Shown here: piece after piece, positions 1 through 8,612 of the stretch
How the letters are laid out: each line of letters begins with the position of its first letter
How positions within the stretch are numbered: the stretch's first letter is position 1
The notes under the pieces: generated by a model
What the model saw: only the letters and a program-made list of their open reading frames with translations
What the model was told of the DNA's origin: nothing
Databases searched by the model: none
Made by a program: the position numbers and the translations under genes
Sequence record: PX930852.1
Length of the DNA: 64,000 nt
Origin: a phage
Reading direction: 5' to 3' (one strand)

Positions 1-178
1 AATAAAAATTTTAAAAATATTTTTGGCAAAACTGTAATGAAACGGGTGCGCACGACTACCACAAAACAGAACGCAAATCAAGAATTATTTTTCAATCCGC
101 TACAAATTTTTCTCTTGACTTTTGGGGAGAGGGGGAGTAAGAGGGGGAGAGGGGTTGGGCTGGCTGTCTATAAAAACC

Positions 179-368
179 TACCTGCACAATTCTAAAATGA
201 TTTTTCTTGCCCGACCTGAGCGGGGTCTGCACGTTTTGAAAATGAAAAAGCTCTTTGGAGATTACCTGCACAGTTTGAAAATGAATTTTCTCTTTGGAGT
301 TCAAAATTTTCTCTATAGATTTCTCTACAGAACTCTACCTGCACAAATCTGAAATGAAAAAGCCCTCC
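179..368. repeat. Four tandem direct repeats of a ~20-35 bp unit (core CTGCACANTTTNAAAATGA, some followed by CTCTTTGGAG) in a non-coding leader
   Basis: Copies seen at about 179-200, 227-260, 264-299 and 337-368; no credible ORF spans the region. Confidence 0.6.
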
Positions 369-430
369 TTACCTGAAAAATTTACCAGATAAGAAAGGCT
401 TAGGCTATTGTGAATATCCTACAGAGTTTC

Positions 431-1216
431 TTAGTTCTTTGCGTCTAAGAAGGTAACTTCTGGTGAAGAGAAGATTGCCTCAATATCCTCATCAGTTCTT
501 GCATAGATATAAGCTTCTGCATCACTACCAAATGTTACAGCAATTCTGTGATTGCTCTTTGACAGGTGGGTAACTAGAGCGTTACTTAGAGACATCTTTT
601 CAACCGGAGGGTTACTTTGATGTATCTTACCTTTTCTTCGTCTGAAGAGGGTAACTGCGTTATCTGTGAACACTGCTACACCTGCAAAGTATTCTGGTTC
701 ACAGTAGTTCTTCCAACCTGAGAGTAACTTGTGGTACATCTCTCCTTCATAGACATATAGATAAACATCTACACTCTTCATCACCTGATTGATGATAACT
801 GTGACGGCTTGAGGGTCAAGTCCACCGATACCTGCACCAATCATAGGTAAACCAACTTTCTTCAACTGATTGACTTCACAGTACCTGTTAAGTTTCTTCA
901 AAGATGACTCTAAAGCACTGTATCGGGCATCTTTACCAGTCTTAAGCTGAGTGTAAAGGTTAGCTATACGACCTTGTTTTAAACGTGCTACAGAGAAATT
1001 ACCCAGTAAATTTTCACAGGGCTTGTGGCCTATACCACCTGCATACAGATAAACTTCTGTATCGGTCTCATATGCTTTTGGGTAAAGTTTAGAAATCTTG
1101 TCAGCGATACCTGCACCCATTAAGTTCATACAGTTGCAACCGTGACCAATAATATCAAACTTACCTTTATCAAATGCGGAGAAGATATCCCCATTGATGA
1201 TTTTTACAATACCCAT
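431..1216 (-). CDS. Macro-domain-like (ADP-ribose binding/processing) protein with a C-terminal extension
   Basis: N-terminal INGDIFSAF..DIIGHGCNCMNLMGAGIA and later GLPMIGAGIGGLDP resemble the two glycine-rich motifs of macro domains (compare YmdB/Af1521 pattern). Confidence 0.5.
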   Translation of the reverse strand: MGIVKIINGDIFSAFDKGKFDIIGHGCNCMNLMGAGIADKISKLYPKAYETDTEVYLYAGGIGHKPCENLLGNFSVARLKQGRIANLYTQLKTGKDARYSALESSLKKLNRYCEVNQLKKVGLPMIGAGIGGLDPQAVTVIINQVMKSVDVYLYVYEGEMYHKLLSGWKNYCEPEYFAGVAVFTDNAVTLFRRRKGKIHQSNPPVEKMSLSNALVTHLSKSNHRIAVTFGSDAEAYIYARTDEDIEAIFSSPEVTFLDAKN

Positions 1217-1453
1217 TTAGCATCTCTCCCAAGATTCTTTATCTTCTGAAGGTTTTACACGTTGCCCTTCGTGGTCTACCCAGATACATCCACAGCCTTC
1301 ACAGATTACTGGCATTGCATAGCCAGCTTTAAAGTCATCTTCAGTGATAAGACCTTTTAAGTCACCTGTATCACGTCCAAACATTTCGATAGCACAATCT
1401 TTGCAGAAATCAGCCATGAATAATTGCCTCTTGAATGATGATGCCTTCGCCAC
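1217..1453 (-). CDS. Small Cys-rich hypothetical protein (possible zinc binding)
   Basis: CKDC...CEGCGC cysteine pattern; ORF abuts neighbours on the same strand. Confidence 0.35.
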   Translation of the reverse strand: MAKASSFKRQLFMADFCKDCAIEMFGRDTGDLKGLITEDDFKAGYAMPVICEGCGCIWVDHEGQRVKPSEDKESWERC

Positions 1454-1643
1454 AGCGACTTTTGAAATCTTCTAATGGTTCAGAGATGAAGCCGCGTAAA
1501 CGGTCACTGAATTTACGTTTTAAACCCTTCTTATAAGTTAGCACATCTTCCCCTGCAAACGGGACGACTTCATCTCTCCCTATGAATACTGCTGAACGTA
1601 CAATCTTGCGGGTCTTTTTATCTCTGGCTAGTATTACTTTCAT
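1410..1643 (-). CDS. Hypothetical protein
   Basis: ORF in a co-directional tightly packed block; start uncertain (overlaps downstream ORF). Confidence 0.3.
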   Translation of the reverse strand: MKVILARDKKTRKIVRSAVFIGRDEVVPFAGEDVLTYKKGLKRKFSDRLRGFISEPLEDFKSRCGEGIIIQEAIIHG

Positions 1644-1983
1644 AGTTTACCTTCTCAGTTAGCTCATATAAATCAACATGCTCAATACTATCAATGTTGA
1701 TATCAATCTTTTTGAAGCGTTCTATCACTTCGTTGTCAGTCATCCATATCAGACACCAATGATTCTGAATGGATTCTTCAAGAAGGTCAACACAATCTTT
1801 AAAAGTTTTTGTATCACTTCTTGTTCCGACTACTGCGATTGTCCCATACAACCACTTACCATTACCATAAGATACTTGTGCTACGCCAACTTCTTTATCT
1901 TTCTCGTAGTAAACGGCTACAAAGTCTCTTCCATTAATCTGCATTTGTAAGTTCCTCTGTTGGTAATTCACCATTTTCAGCAA
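1618..1983 (-). CDS. Hypothetical protein
   Basis: ORF in co-directional early-gene block. Confidence 0.35.
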   Translation of the reverse strand: MLKMVNYQQRNLQMQINGRDFVAVYYEKDKEVGVAQVSYGNGKWLYGTIAVVGTRSDTKTFKDCVDLLEESIQNHWCLIWMTDNEVIERFKKIDINIDSIEHVDLYELTEKVNYESNTSQR

Positions 1984-2248
1984 AGTATTGAAGGTACGGC
2001 AACAGTTCTTTTACCTGTTCTTGATTGAGTTTCATTCTTTGGTTACCTACAAAATCTTTGCCTACTAATGCTGGGATATCAAGTGTTTTCCAGCCACCAT
2101 CTAGGTACTGAACAGAGACCTCTTTAGCACCTAACCAGATACATGGTTCATATGATGAACTCTCTTGTAAAGTACAAATTTCCCCTTTAGCATCTTTAAA
2201 TTCTGCATAAGAAAATCCACGATTTGTTGGCTGGAATTGCATAATCAT
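1934..2248 (-). CDS. Hypothetical protein
   Basis: ORF in co-directional block. Confidence 0.35.
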   Translation of the reverse strand: MIMQFQPTNRGFSYAEFKDAKGEICTLQESSSYEPCIWLGAKEVSVQYLDGGWKTLDIPALVGKDFVGNQRMKLNQEQVKELLPYLQYFAENGELPTEELTNAD

Positions 2249-2514
2249 TTCCTCGTTTTAAGAACTGCTAAGATTTCTTTAGAGTCTGGTAAGAACCATG
2301 TGTAGTGATTCTCTTTGATTTCTGGATGAGTGTCAACCTTTATTTTGCACTCTTTACCAACATGCTTAAGCTGTGCTGTGACACCTTGCATAAAGATATG
2401 ACACATCACGTTGTCCATAATGGTTGGTGAGAAATCAACACGCATATAAGTTTCTTTTGGTCGTGGTAGTAGTAAGTACCCTTCTACATAGAAAGTGTCT
2501 TCATTCTCTGTCAT
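2245..2514 (-). CDS. Hypothetical protein
   Basis: ORF with 4-bp stop/start overlaps to neighbours. Confidence 0.35.
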   Translation of the reverse strand: MTENEDTFYVEGYLLLPRPKETYMRVDFSPTIMDNVMCHIFMQGVTAQLKHVGKECKIKVDTHPEIKENHYTWFLPDSKEILAVLKTRK

Positions 2515-2780
2515 TGCTGTTTGTTTCCTAATAAAATCATATCAATAAGGTTATTAGCTTTGATTGTGCACTGGTAAAAGCCGTCACGATAGAACTCAAG
2601 GGCTGCTGCTACATCGCTGCCTGTGTTGCCTTTGATGATATACCGTGATTCTTCTTGGGTGTACTTATCACCCTCACTTACTTGGGAGTTTTTGAATGTA
2701 CTGCTCACTTTGTTCGTTGAACACCCTGACATAGTTATCAGTAACACAAACATTATAAAACTCTGGCTTAGTTTTTTCAT
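2511..2780 (-). CDS. Predicted lipoprotein; candidate outer-membrane spanin (Rz1-like)
   Basis: N-terminal signal with lipobox-like LITMSGC; gene starts inside the 3' end of the upstream membrane-protein gene in another frame. Confidence 0.4.
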   Translation of the reverse strand: MKKLSQSFIMFVLLITMSGCSTNKVSSTFKNSQVSEGDKYTQEESRYIIKGNTGSDVAAALEFYRDGFYQCTIKANNLIDMILLGNKQQ

Positions 2781-3021
2781 ATGTTAGTACCTCTTTTGTA
2801 TGCTTATTCTTAGCAAGCACATCTTTCAAATCATTTTTGTAATTGGTGCTGAGTGTGGCTAAACCTTCCTGATAAGCATCTTTAGCAACACTTATTAGTT
2901 TCTCATTATTTAGCTCAGTTTCAGCAACTTGATAGTCTCTGTAAGAGTATCCTCCCCAGACACCTGCACCAACTAAGAAAACAATTATGAAAGTAGCTTG
3001 ACAGAACTCTTTAAATGTCAT
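2674..3021 (-). CDS. Membrane protein with N-terminal TM helix and helical periplasmic region; candidate inner-membrane spanin (Rz-like)
   Basis: TM segment FIIVFLVGAGVWGGY followed by charged helical sequence; overlapped by the lipoprotein gene. Confidence 0.4.
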   Translation of the reverse strand: MTFKEFCQATFIIVFLVGAGVWGGYSYRDYQVAETELNNEKLISVAKDAYQEGLATLSTNYKNDLKDVLAKNKHTKEVLTYEKTKPEFYNVCVTDNYVRVFNEQSEQYIQKLPSK

Positions 3022-3035
3022 TTAACAATCTCCTA

Positions 3036-3061
3036 AAATGAAAAAGGCTCCCGAAGGAGCC
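3036..3061 (-). terminator. Rho-independent terminator (GGCTCC-CGAA-GGAGCC hairpin plus T-run on minus strand)
   Basis: Perfect 6-bp GC-rich stem with tetraloop, followed by a T-run on the minus strand. Confidence 0.55.
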
Positions 3062-3073
3062 TGTATCTTAACC

Positions 3074-3538
3074 TTAACCGAGGACTTTAGCAAGGATATT
3101 CGCAGCCATCGAAGAAGCTTTTGCAGCAGCAACTACGCCAGCTTTGACAGTGCTATCCTTAATAGCAGATACCGTTGCAGCATCAGTAAAGAGATAAGTG
3201 ATTGTTTTAGAACCACTTGTAAAGGAAAGCATAAGAGTAGTTTCCAGATTGAAAGAGCGATACGGAGCACCTTCTTTAACGATACCTTCAGCACCTAACT
3301 CTGAAGCCTTGCCCATATCATAGATAGTCATCAGGTTTTCTTTGTGTGCAGTAGTTGAACCAGCACCTTTTACGTGTTTTTTAACATTCAATAATGCACG
3401 ATATTCACGAATGCTGCCATCAGCTTTTACATTAACAGCACGAAAAATTTTACCTTCAAAGTTACCTTGAATCATTTTACGAACTATTGCAGATTTGTTT
3501 ACCGTATCGTCCAGTGCTACCGTAATGATATTGTTCAT
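3074..3538 (-). CDS. Hypothetical protein
   Basis: 154-aa ORF with no recognisable motif. Confidence 0.4.
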   Translation of the reverse strand: MNNIITVALDDTVNKSAIVRKMIQGNFEGKIFRAVNVKADGSIREYRALLNVKKHVKGAGSTTAHKENLMTIYDMGKASELGAEGIVKEGAPYRSFNLETTLMLSFTSGSKTITYLFTDAATVSAIKDSTVKAGVVAAAKASSMAANILAKVLG

Positions 3539-3548
3539 AAGTTTTCTC

Positions 3549-4244
3549 TCAATGTTTAACTAACATGGTTTTAATGTGTGGAAGGATTCTGTTCACCTTC
3601 TGCACATTCTTCTCTGTGTCTTCTATAAAACATACTATATTAAAGTAAGGCAGGATGCAAGACTGAATCATCCTCACTTTCAAACTTTCTGCACTTATAG
3701 AGTTAGTCCCAAAACCACGCATAAAAAGCATGTAATCATGCTCTATGTAATGCCTTAAAAACATCTCAGTAGGTATTCTCTGAGATTCACCTCTCGCTGT
3801 CAAGAGTCCAATGGCGGCATGATTAGCAATTGCATCAATAATATTGAAAACATACGTTGGTTTTGCTCTTACAGAGTCAAGCAAATTAGTGTACTGTGAA
3901 AATGACCCATCAATCAATTCCGTTGAGCAATCTTCGTGATTAAAATTTGTAAGAACACCATCAATGTCTGCTAAGATAAGGTTACCTTTTTCTACAAGGT
4001 CTTTATTGACTATGACTAAGCTATCACGACTTACGCCTATAGTTTGTCCAGTCTCTTTATCTACAACATTCACAATTGGCTCTGATGTGTGGAACTCTTC
4101 AAGTGAACATACAACTTCTCTTGCAGTGTCTTCAAAATCCCTACACTGTTCTGGAGTCCATACACAGGAATCAAGACCTAACTCATGAGGATGTAAGTCA
4201 TAAGCATGACACAGTACTTCATCAGACTTTCTTAATTTTTTCAT
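3549..4244 (-). CDS. HAD-superfamily phosphatase-like protein (possible nucleotidase)
   Basis: DIDGVLTNF (HAD motif I, DxDG) and GLLTAR (motif II-like). Confidence 0.4.
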   Translation of the reverse strand: MKKLRKSDEVLCHAYDLHPHELGLDSCVWTPEQCRDFEDTAREVVCSLEEFHTSEPIVNVVDKETGQTIGVSRDSLVIVNKDLVEKGNLILADIDGVLTNFNHEDCSTELIDGSFSQYTNLLDSVRAKPTYVFNIIDAIANHAAIGLLTARGESQRIPTEMFLRHYIEHDYMLFMRGFGTNSISAESLKVRMIQSCILPYFNIVCFIEDTEKNVQKVNRILPHIKTMLVKH

Positions 4245-4770
4245 GATTTACCTTAGAAATGTTTGTTGCAAATTCACATTGAGCAATTACTTTCATGTTG
4301 TTATAGACATCTTGAGAATACTTCTTAGCTTTAGGGATTCTGTACGAATACCCAGCATTATATGATGCTAAAACTTTTTGTAAAGTCTTCTTTGACTTTG
4401 GCTGACCATGTACCTTTGTCCAAAACTCAAGCTCTTTGTGAGTTTCCTTCGCAGCATAATCAAAGTCTCTTAAGAGTTTCTTTTTAGCTACATTAGGGCT
4501 AATTTTGTTACGCTTTACAACAGTCTTCAAGTGATTCTGGAAAATACCATAATCATGTGTCTTTTTATTCTCTACCTTCAGACCTAACTCTGACTCTTGT
4601 AAGGCTATAGCAGCTAGAGTGATACCCCAACCTTTACCCATGTTATTCTCACCATACTGGTAAGCTTTTAACATGTTTACTTTTTGGCTAATTGATAGCT
4701 CTGGGCAGTCGACTGCATAAGATAAGTGTGCTGTAAACATTAAGCACAAACCTAGAATCAATTTCTTCAT
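4222..4770 (-). CDS. Secreted lytic transglycosylase (SLT domain), probable endolysin or cell-wall hydrolase
   Basis: N-terminal signal peptide; AIALQESELG (catalytic Glu-Ser), YGIFQ and LASYNAG motifs typical of SLT family. Confidence 0.6.
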   Translation of the reverse strand: MKKLILGLCLMFTAHLSYAVDCPELSISQKVNMLKAYQYGENNMGKGWGITLAAIALQESELGLKVENKKTHDYGIFQNHLKTVVKRNKISPNVAKKKLLRDFDYAAKETHKELEFWTKVHGQPKSKKTLQKVLASYNAGYSYRIPKAKKYSQDVYNNMKVIAQCEFATNISKVNHEKIKKV

Positions 4771-4831
4771 TGGTTCTCCTGTTTAGTTTATCGTGACAAC
4801 AATTATACAGCACTCTGCACAAAATACAAAT

Positions 4832-4858
4832 AAAAAAGGCCGCCGGAGCAGCCTTTTA
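4832..4858 (-). terminator. Candidate rho-independent terminator
   Basis: GC-rich hairpin AAAGGCCGCC..GCAGCCTTT flanked by A/T runs, between convergently ending minus-strand genes. Confidence 0.4.
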
Positions 4859-4870
4859 AGAAATTACTTA

Positions 4871-5980
4871 TTAGATTTCACGTTTACGTTGAGAGATGAG
4901 TTCACCAGCAGTGCCAACGATGACATGCAAAGCTTCAGTCTTACCGTCCCATGCTTCCAGCACTTTACGTTGATTATCAACGATTGCTGCAACTTCATAA
5001 CGAGAGGAACGCATCTTCATATCGTTGTAATCAGTTGGAACAGATACAACATCTCGTGGATGTACGCGAACCTTCAGGATTGTATCACCTGAGAAGCAAC
5101 GAACATAATCCCAAGCACCAACATGAAGACCTTGAGAGCAAGTTACGTTACGGTTATTATCAACCATCCAACGTGGCATTTCTACAATGTTACCCAAATC
5201 ATTAGGCACTTTGTAGGTGTGAGAGTCAACCAGCTTGCCTTCACGAGTAGAGACTTTCTTCCAACCAATGATGTAGCCTTCTTCATCAATTTCAACATCA
5301 AGGTGAGATACAAATCCCCAAAGTTGTTCTACAGAATCTTTAGATGGGTTTTCCATCAGTTTTTCGAAGAACATCACAAGGCGTTCAAAGCCTTTGTCTC
5401 CAGTCTTCATCATGTGAAGAATACGGTCAACCAGAGTAGAACGCATCTCAACAGCACCGTAGAATAGCTTGTCGCCTTTGATTGTGATAGCACCCTGAGT
5501 GAAGTTTTCGATAGACTTACGAATGTTCATCAGTTCAAATGCTTTCTTGAACTCACCTTTCACAACATGAACTACAATCTCTTGATAGTTCGGATGAGTA
5601 GACTCAACAATTTCAGATTCTGAACCATAAGTCATAATTACAGAATCACCAGTAATCATGTACTCAATCTTGTCATCTTTCTGCATAGCTTCGTGCAGTT
5701 TATTTACTGGAGCTTTCTGTACAGCGTCTTTAACTACCTTTTCAACTGGTTTTCCAGCTTGCTTCTTAAAGGTCTTAGCAACTTGTTTCAAAGTCTTCGT
5801 AGCTGGTGTAGAAGTTGCCTTCTTATTCCCTTTTAAGGTTGCTTCATGACGCTCTACAGCACGACCGACTGAACGGGTTGAAGTGTTAAATTTCTGTGCA
5901 ATAGCTGTTTTGGTCAGCTTACCTTCTTTAACCAGTTTGTAAATTTCTGCGTCAATCTGTGCTTTAGTTTTAGTAGTCAT
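4871..5980 (-). CDS. rIIB-like protein (tentative), N-terminal HTH-like region
   Basis: Lies immediately downstream of the rIIA-like gene in the same orientation; size in the rIIB range; no diagnostic motif recognised. Confidence 0.35.
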   Translation of the reverse strand: MTTKTKAQIDAEIYKLVKEGKLTKTAIAQKFNTSTRSVGRAVERHEATLKGNKKATSTPATKTLKQVAKTFKKQAGKPVEKVVKDAVQKAPVNKLHEAMQKDDKIEYMITGDSVIMTYGSESEIVESTHPNYQEIVVHVVKGEFKKAFELMNIRKSIENFTQGAITIKGDKLFYGAVEMRSTLVDRILHMMKTGDKGFERLVMFFEKLMENPSKDSVEQLWGFVSHLDVEIDEEGYIIGWKKVSTREGKLVDSHTYKVPNDLGNIVEMPRWMVDNNRNVTCSQGLHVGAWDYVRCFSGDTILKVRVHPRDVVSVPTDYNDMKMRSSRYEVAAIVDNQRKVLEAWDGKTEALHVIVGTAGELISQRKREI

Positions 5981-6025
5981 CTTATTACTCTCTCTTGTTA
6001 GTTAATAAATCATTTTGTGAGGATA

Positions 6026-6055
6026 TTCTAAGGGGCTTTGAAGCCCCTTGTCAAA
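6026..6055 (-). promoter_or_regulatory. Candidate sigma70-type promoter with a hairpin in the spacer (TTGACA-N18-TAGAAT on minus strand)
   Basis: Minus strand reads TTGACAaggggcttcaaagccccTTAGAAT upstream of the 4871..5980 gene; the hairpin may instead be a terminator for rIIA. Confidence 0.3.
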
Positions 6056-6059
6056 CACT

Positions 6060-8426
6060 TTAATCGTAAACTGTAGTTCCTTCTGGAACACACTTCACAT
6101 CAAAACCTAAGAACTTACTCACTTCGATGGGTGACACTTTATTCCAATCTAAATGGGAAAGCAAGAAGTTTTCTTGTTTTCTTTTTGAAAGGTAGTTTGT
6201 CACCTTAATAACCATACGGTCACCAGCTTTCTTAATTTTCTTGTAAAGCTTTGTATCGTTGTCAAGACAATCTTTCAAAGTTTTCAACACACTAATAGTG
6301 TAAGTGTATGCAAATGGTGCAGCAACATACTGGATTTTACCAAACATTGCCTCTACAGCCTCTTCATTACCTTCTAGGAAGATAGTTTTGTTTGTATCCC
6401 GTGAATAGCAATAGCCACGAGAAATCTTCCTGTTATTGAACGTAAAGTTTCTGGCAATAATCCAACTGCTTGTAAGGTCAAGGACACCATTCATATAGAT
6501 ACGTGTCATATACCTGTTATGATTAATCCAATGAACATCAGTTAAGCTATCGTTCAAGAGTTTCTCATCTACTTCAATCCAGTCTTCTGGTATCTTTTTC
6601 CAATTTGCTTTTCGGAAAACATAGACTGTCTTCCCTGTAACATTAGCAACTGACTTGGCTACATCTTCTGGAGATGAGCAAAAACATTCGCCATCAACTG
6701 TGTCACCAACTGCCTTAATGTAAAGCTGAGGCTCTTCAATTGTATCAAAGTCTTCTGAAACCTCTTTATAGGAAGCTACACCTTCTGCTGGAACAGCTTT
6801 CCAGAGTTTTACAACACCTCTTACAGCTTCTTTACGCTGGTAATGGTGCTCCTTATCAGACATTTTCACAATCTTTAACAAGCTTTTATCAAGTTTGTGT
6901 AGATTGATTAAATCATCTAACTCTTTTTCAGTCGAGAATACAAACACAATGCCATTATATCTGTGAAACAGACTGGACTCACTGGCGTAGTCTCGACATG
7001 CACCACGCAGAATCTGATTGCGGCCTACAGTCTTCTCAGTACCGTTTTTATTGCGACGGTCATTAATAACAAACAAAAACTGTTCAATTTGACTTTTACG
7101 CATTGCACCAAAGATATTGAACATACTTGCCTCTTGAGTGTAGGATAGTGCTGTTGCACGAATCTTACTCTCTAAAGAGTTAAACTTGACATAAGCAACT
7201 GGGTCATAAAGATAATCTACTTTAGGGATATTGTTCCCGTTCCTATCAACCTTAATATTACCTTTACCGTCACGTTCGTAAATGACTGAGCCGTCTTCTG
7301 CGTAGATAATTCCACGACGAATGTTTAGCAATTCTTCTTCCAGAGAATCAAGCTTAACGCCACCCCACTCTAGCTTTGGACACACAGCATTAAACATCTC
7401 TCGTGAGTTCAAACGTAACTCAGCATAAGCCTGTGCAGCATCCATGAGTGTAGGTTGGCTATTAACTTTCTTGATAACATCCTTTGTAATGGCTTCAGTT
7501 ATCTTTTTAGTAGCCTCAATGATAACATTTTTTGTCGTGTCATTCATCTGCAATGCTTCACGAGAAGCTGCAATAGCAACTGAACCAATAGGCATGTAGA
7601 TGTTTACAAGGTCTACGCTCCTACGGAAAAACTCTGGCAAGACTTTGAAGAAATCATCACCAAGTAACGCTTCCATGTTCACTGGATAGGCAATGTTACC
7701 CATCACCACATTAAACTCTGTCCTGTTATCACTAGAACGCCAGCTGTGCTTATGAATCATGGCATCATAAACACCTTCTTCACGGGCAATTACGTTCATA
7801 TCTGCTAATACATCGTCGTACTCAATATTACTTTCTGGTTTTACAGTGAAGTATGAGTACACATTCCCAGCTTCTTCAAAGAACTTTGAGATACGGTGGT
7901 CAGCAACTGCCACACGTACAGCTAAACCATTAGGTTCTTTTGTTTGGTTAGTTGTCAGCTTAGTTACTTGAGGGATACCATTCTCAAGATAAACAGAGTA
8001 CTTATTAACAACACCGTCAACATAACTAGATACTGTGAATGACTGAGCAATTGCAAATGGTGACTTTGAGCCGATACCCATTGCACCAATGTAGTCATTA
8101 GAGTCATTCTTCGTAGAAGCTCCATAGTTTAGGTACAAACTCATAACTTTATCATGAGTCAATCCAGTTCCAAAATCACGAACTTCGAAGTAAGGCTCAA
8201 AACGAGTAGGTAAATGCACATGGAATGGGATGTTCTCTTTTCCAGCTTCTTTCTGAGCATCTACTGCGTTACATGACAGTTCACGAATCACTGCCCTTTC
8301 TTTAAAGGTATATACACCAGAACTCAAAAGGCTGAACATCTCAGGTGTCATTGTAATCTGTGCTTGAGACGTCTCTAAAGAAGTTGAACTCTTAATCACT
8401 TCTGCGTGGTCATTTACCATGCGCAT
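6060..8426 (-). CDS. rIIA-like protein with N-terminal GHKL (histidine-kinase-like) ATPase fold
   Basis: RELSCNAVDAQKE (N-box), RDFGTGL (G1) and GAMGIGSKSPFA (G2) motifs; ~790 aa; followed by rIIB-sized gene. Confidence 0.55.
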   Translation of the reverse strand: MRMVNDHAEVIKSSTSLETSQAQITMTPEMFSLLSSGVYTFKERAVIRELSCNAVDAQKEAGKENIPFHVHLPTRFEPYFEVRDFGTGLTHDKVMSLYLNYGASTKNDSNDYIGAMGIGSKSPFAIAQSFTVSSYVDGVVNKYSVYLENGIPQVTKLTTNQTKEPNGLAVRVAVADHRISKFFEEAGNVYSYFTVKPESNIEYDDVLADMNVIAREEGVYDAMIHKHSWRSSDNRTEFNVVMGNIAYPVNMEALLGDDFFKVLPEFFRRSVDLVNIYMPIGSVAIAASREALQMNDTTKNVIIEATKKITEAITKDVIKKVNSQPTLMDAAQAYAELRLNSREMFNAVCPKLEWGGVKLDSLEEELLNIRRGIIYAEDGSVIYERDGKGNIKVDRNGNNIPKVDYLYDPVAYVKFNSLESKIRATALSYTQEASMFNIFGAMRKSQIEQFLFVINDRRNKNGTEKTVGRNQILRGACRDYASESSLFHRYNGIVFVFSTEKELDDLINLHKLDKSLLKIVKMSDKEHHYQRKEAVRGVVKLWKAVPAEGVASYKEVSEDFDTIEEPQLYIKAVGDTVDGECFCSSPEDVAKSVANVTGKTVYVFRKANWKKIPEDWIEVDEKLLNDSLTDVHWINHNRYMTRIYMNGVLDLTSSWIIARNFTFNNRKISRGYCYSRDTNKTIFLEGNEEAVEAMFGKIQYVAAPFAYTYTISVLKTLKDCLDNDTKLYKKIKKAGDRMVIKVTNYLSKRKQENFLLSHLDWNKVSPIEVSKFLGFDVKCVPEGTTVYD

Positions 8427-8612
8427 AATACTTTCCTCTCAGTTTACTGTTAAATTACTTATTAAACATTTTACCAGAACCACCACACATAGGGCAACAT
8501 CCTGCCCTTATGTACCCCTCTCCATTACAGTAGTCACATTTTTTGTGCTCTGCAAAGTACTTACAAAGGAGGTAAACAAATACTGCTACACTACCAAGTG
8601 ACAGTAAAATTT

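Noticed and set aside
92-352. Two overlapping ORFs (70 aa minus, 76 aa plus) in the left leader
   Set aside because: They lie entirely within the tandem-repeat and G-tract region, their low-complexity translations mirror the repeats, and no RBS is evident.
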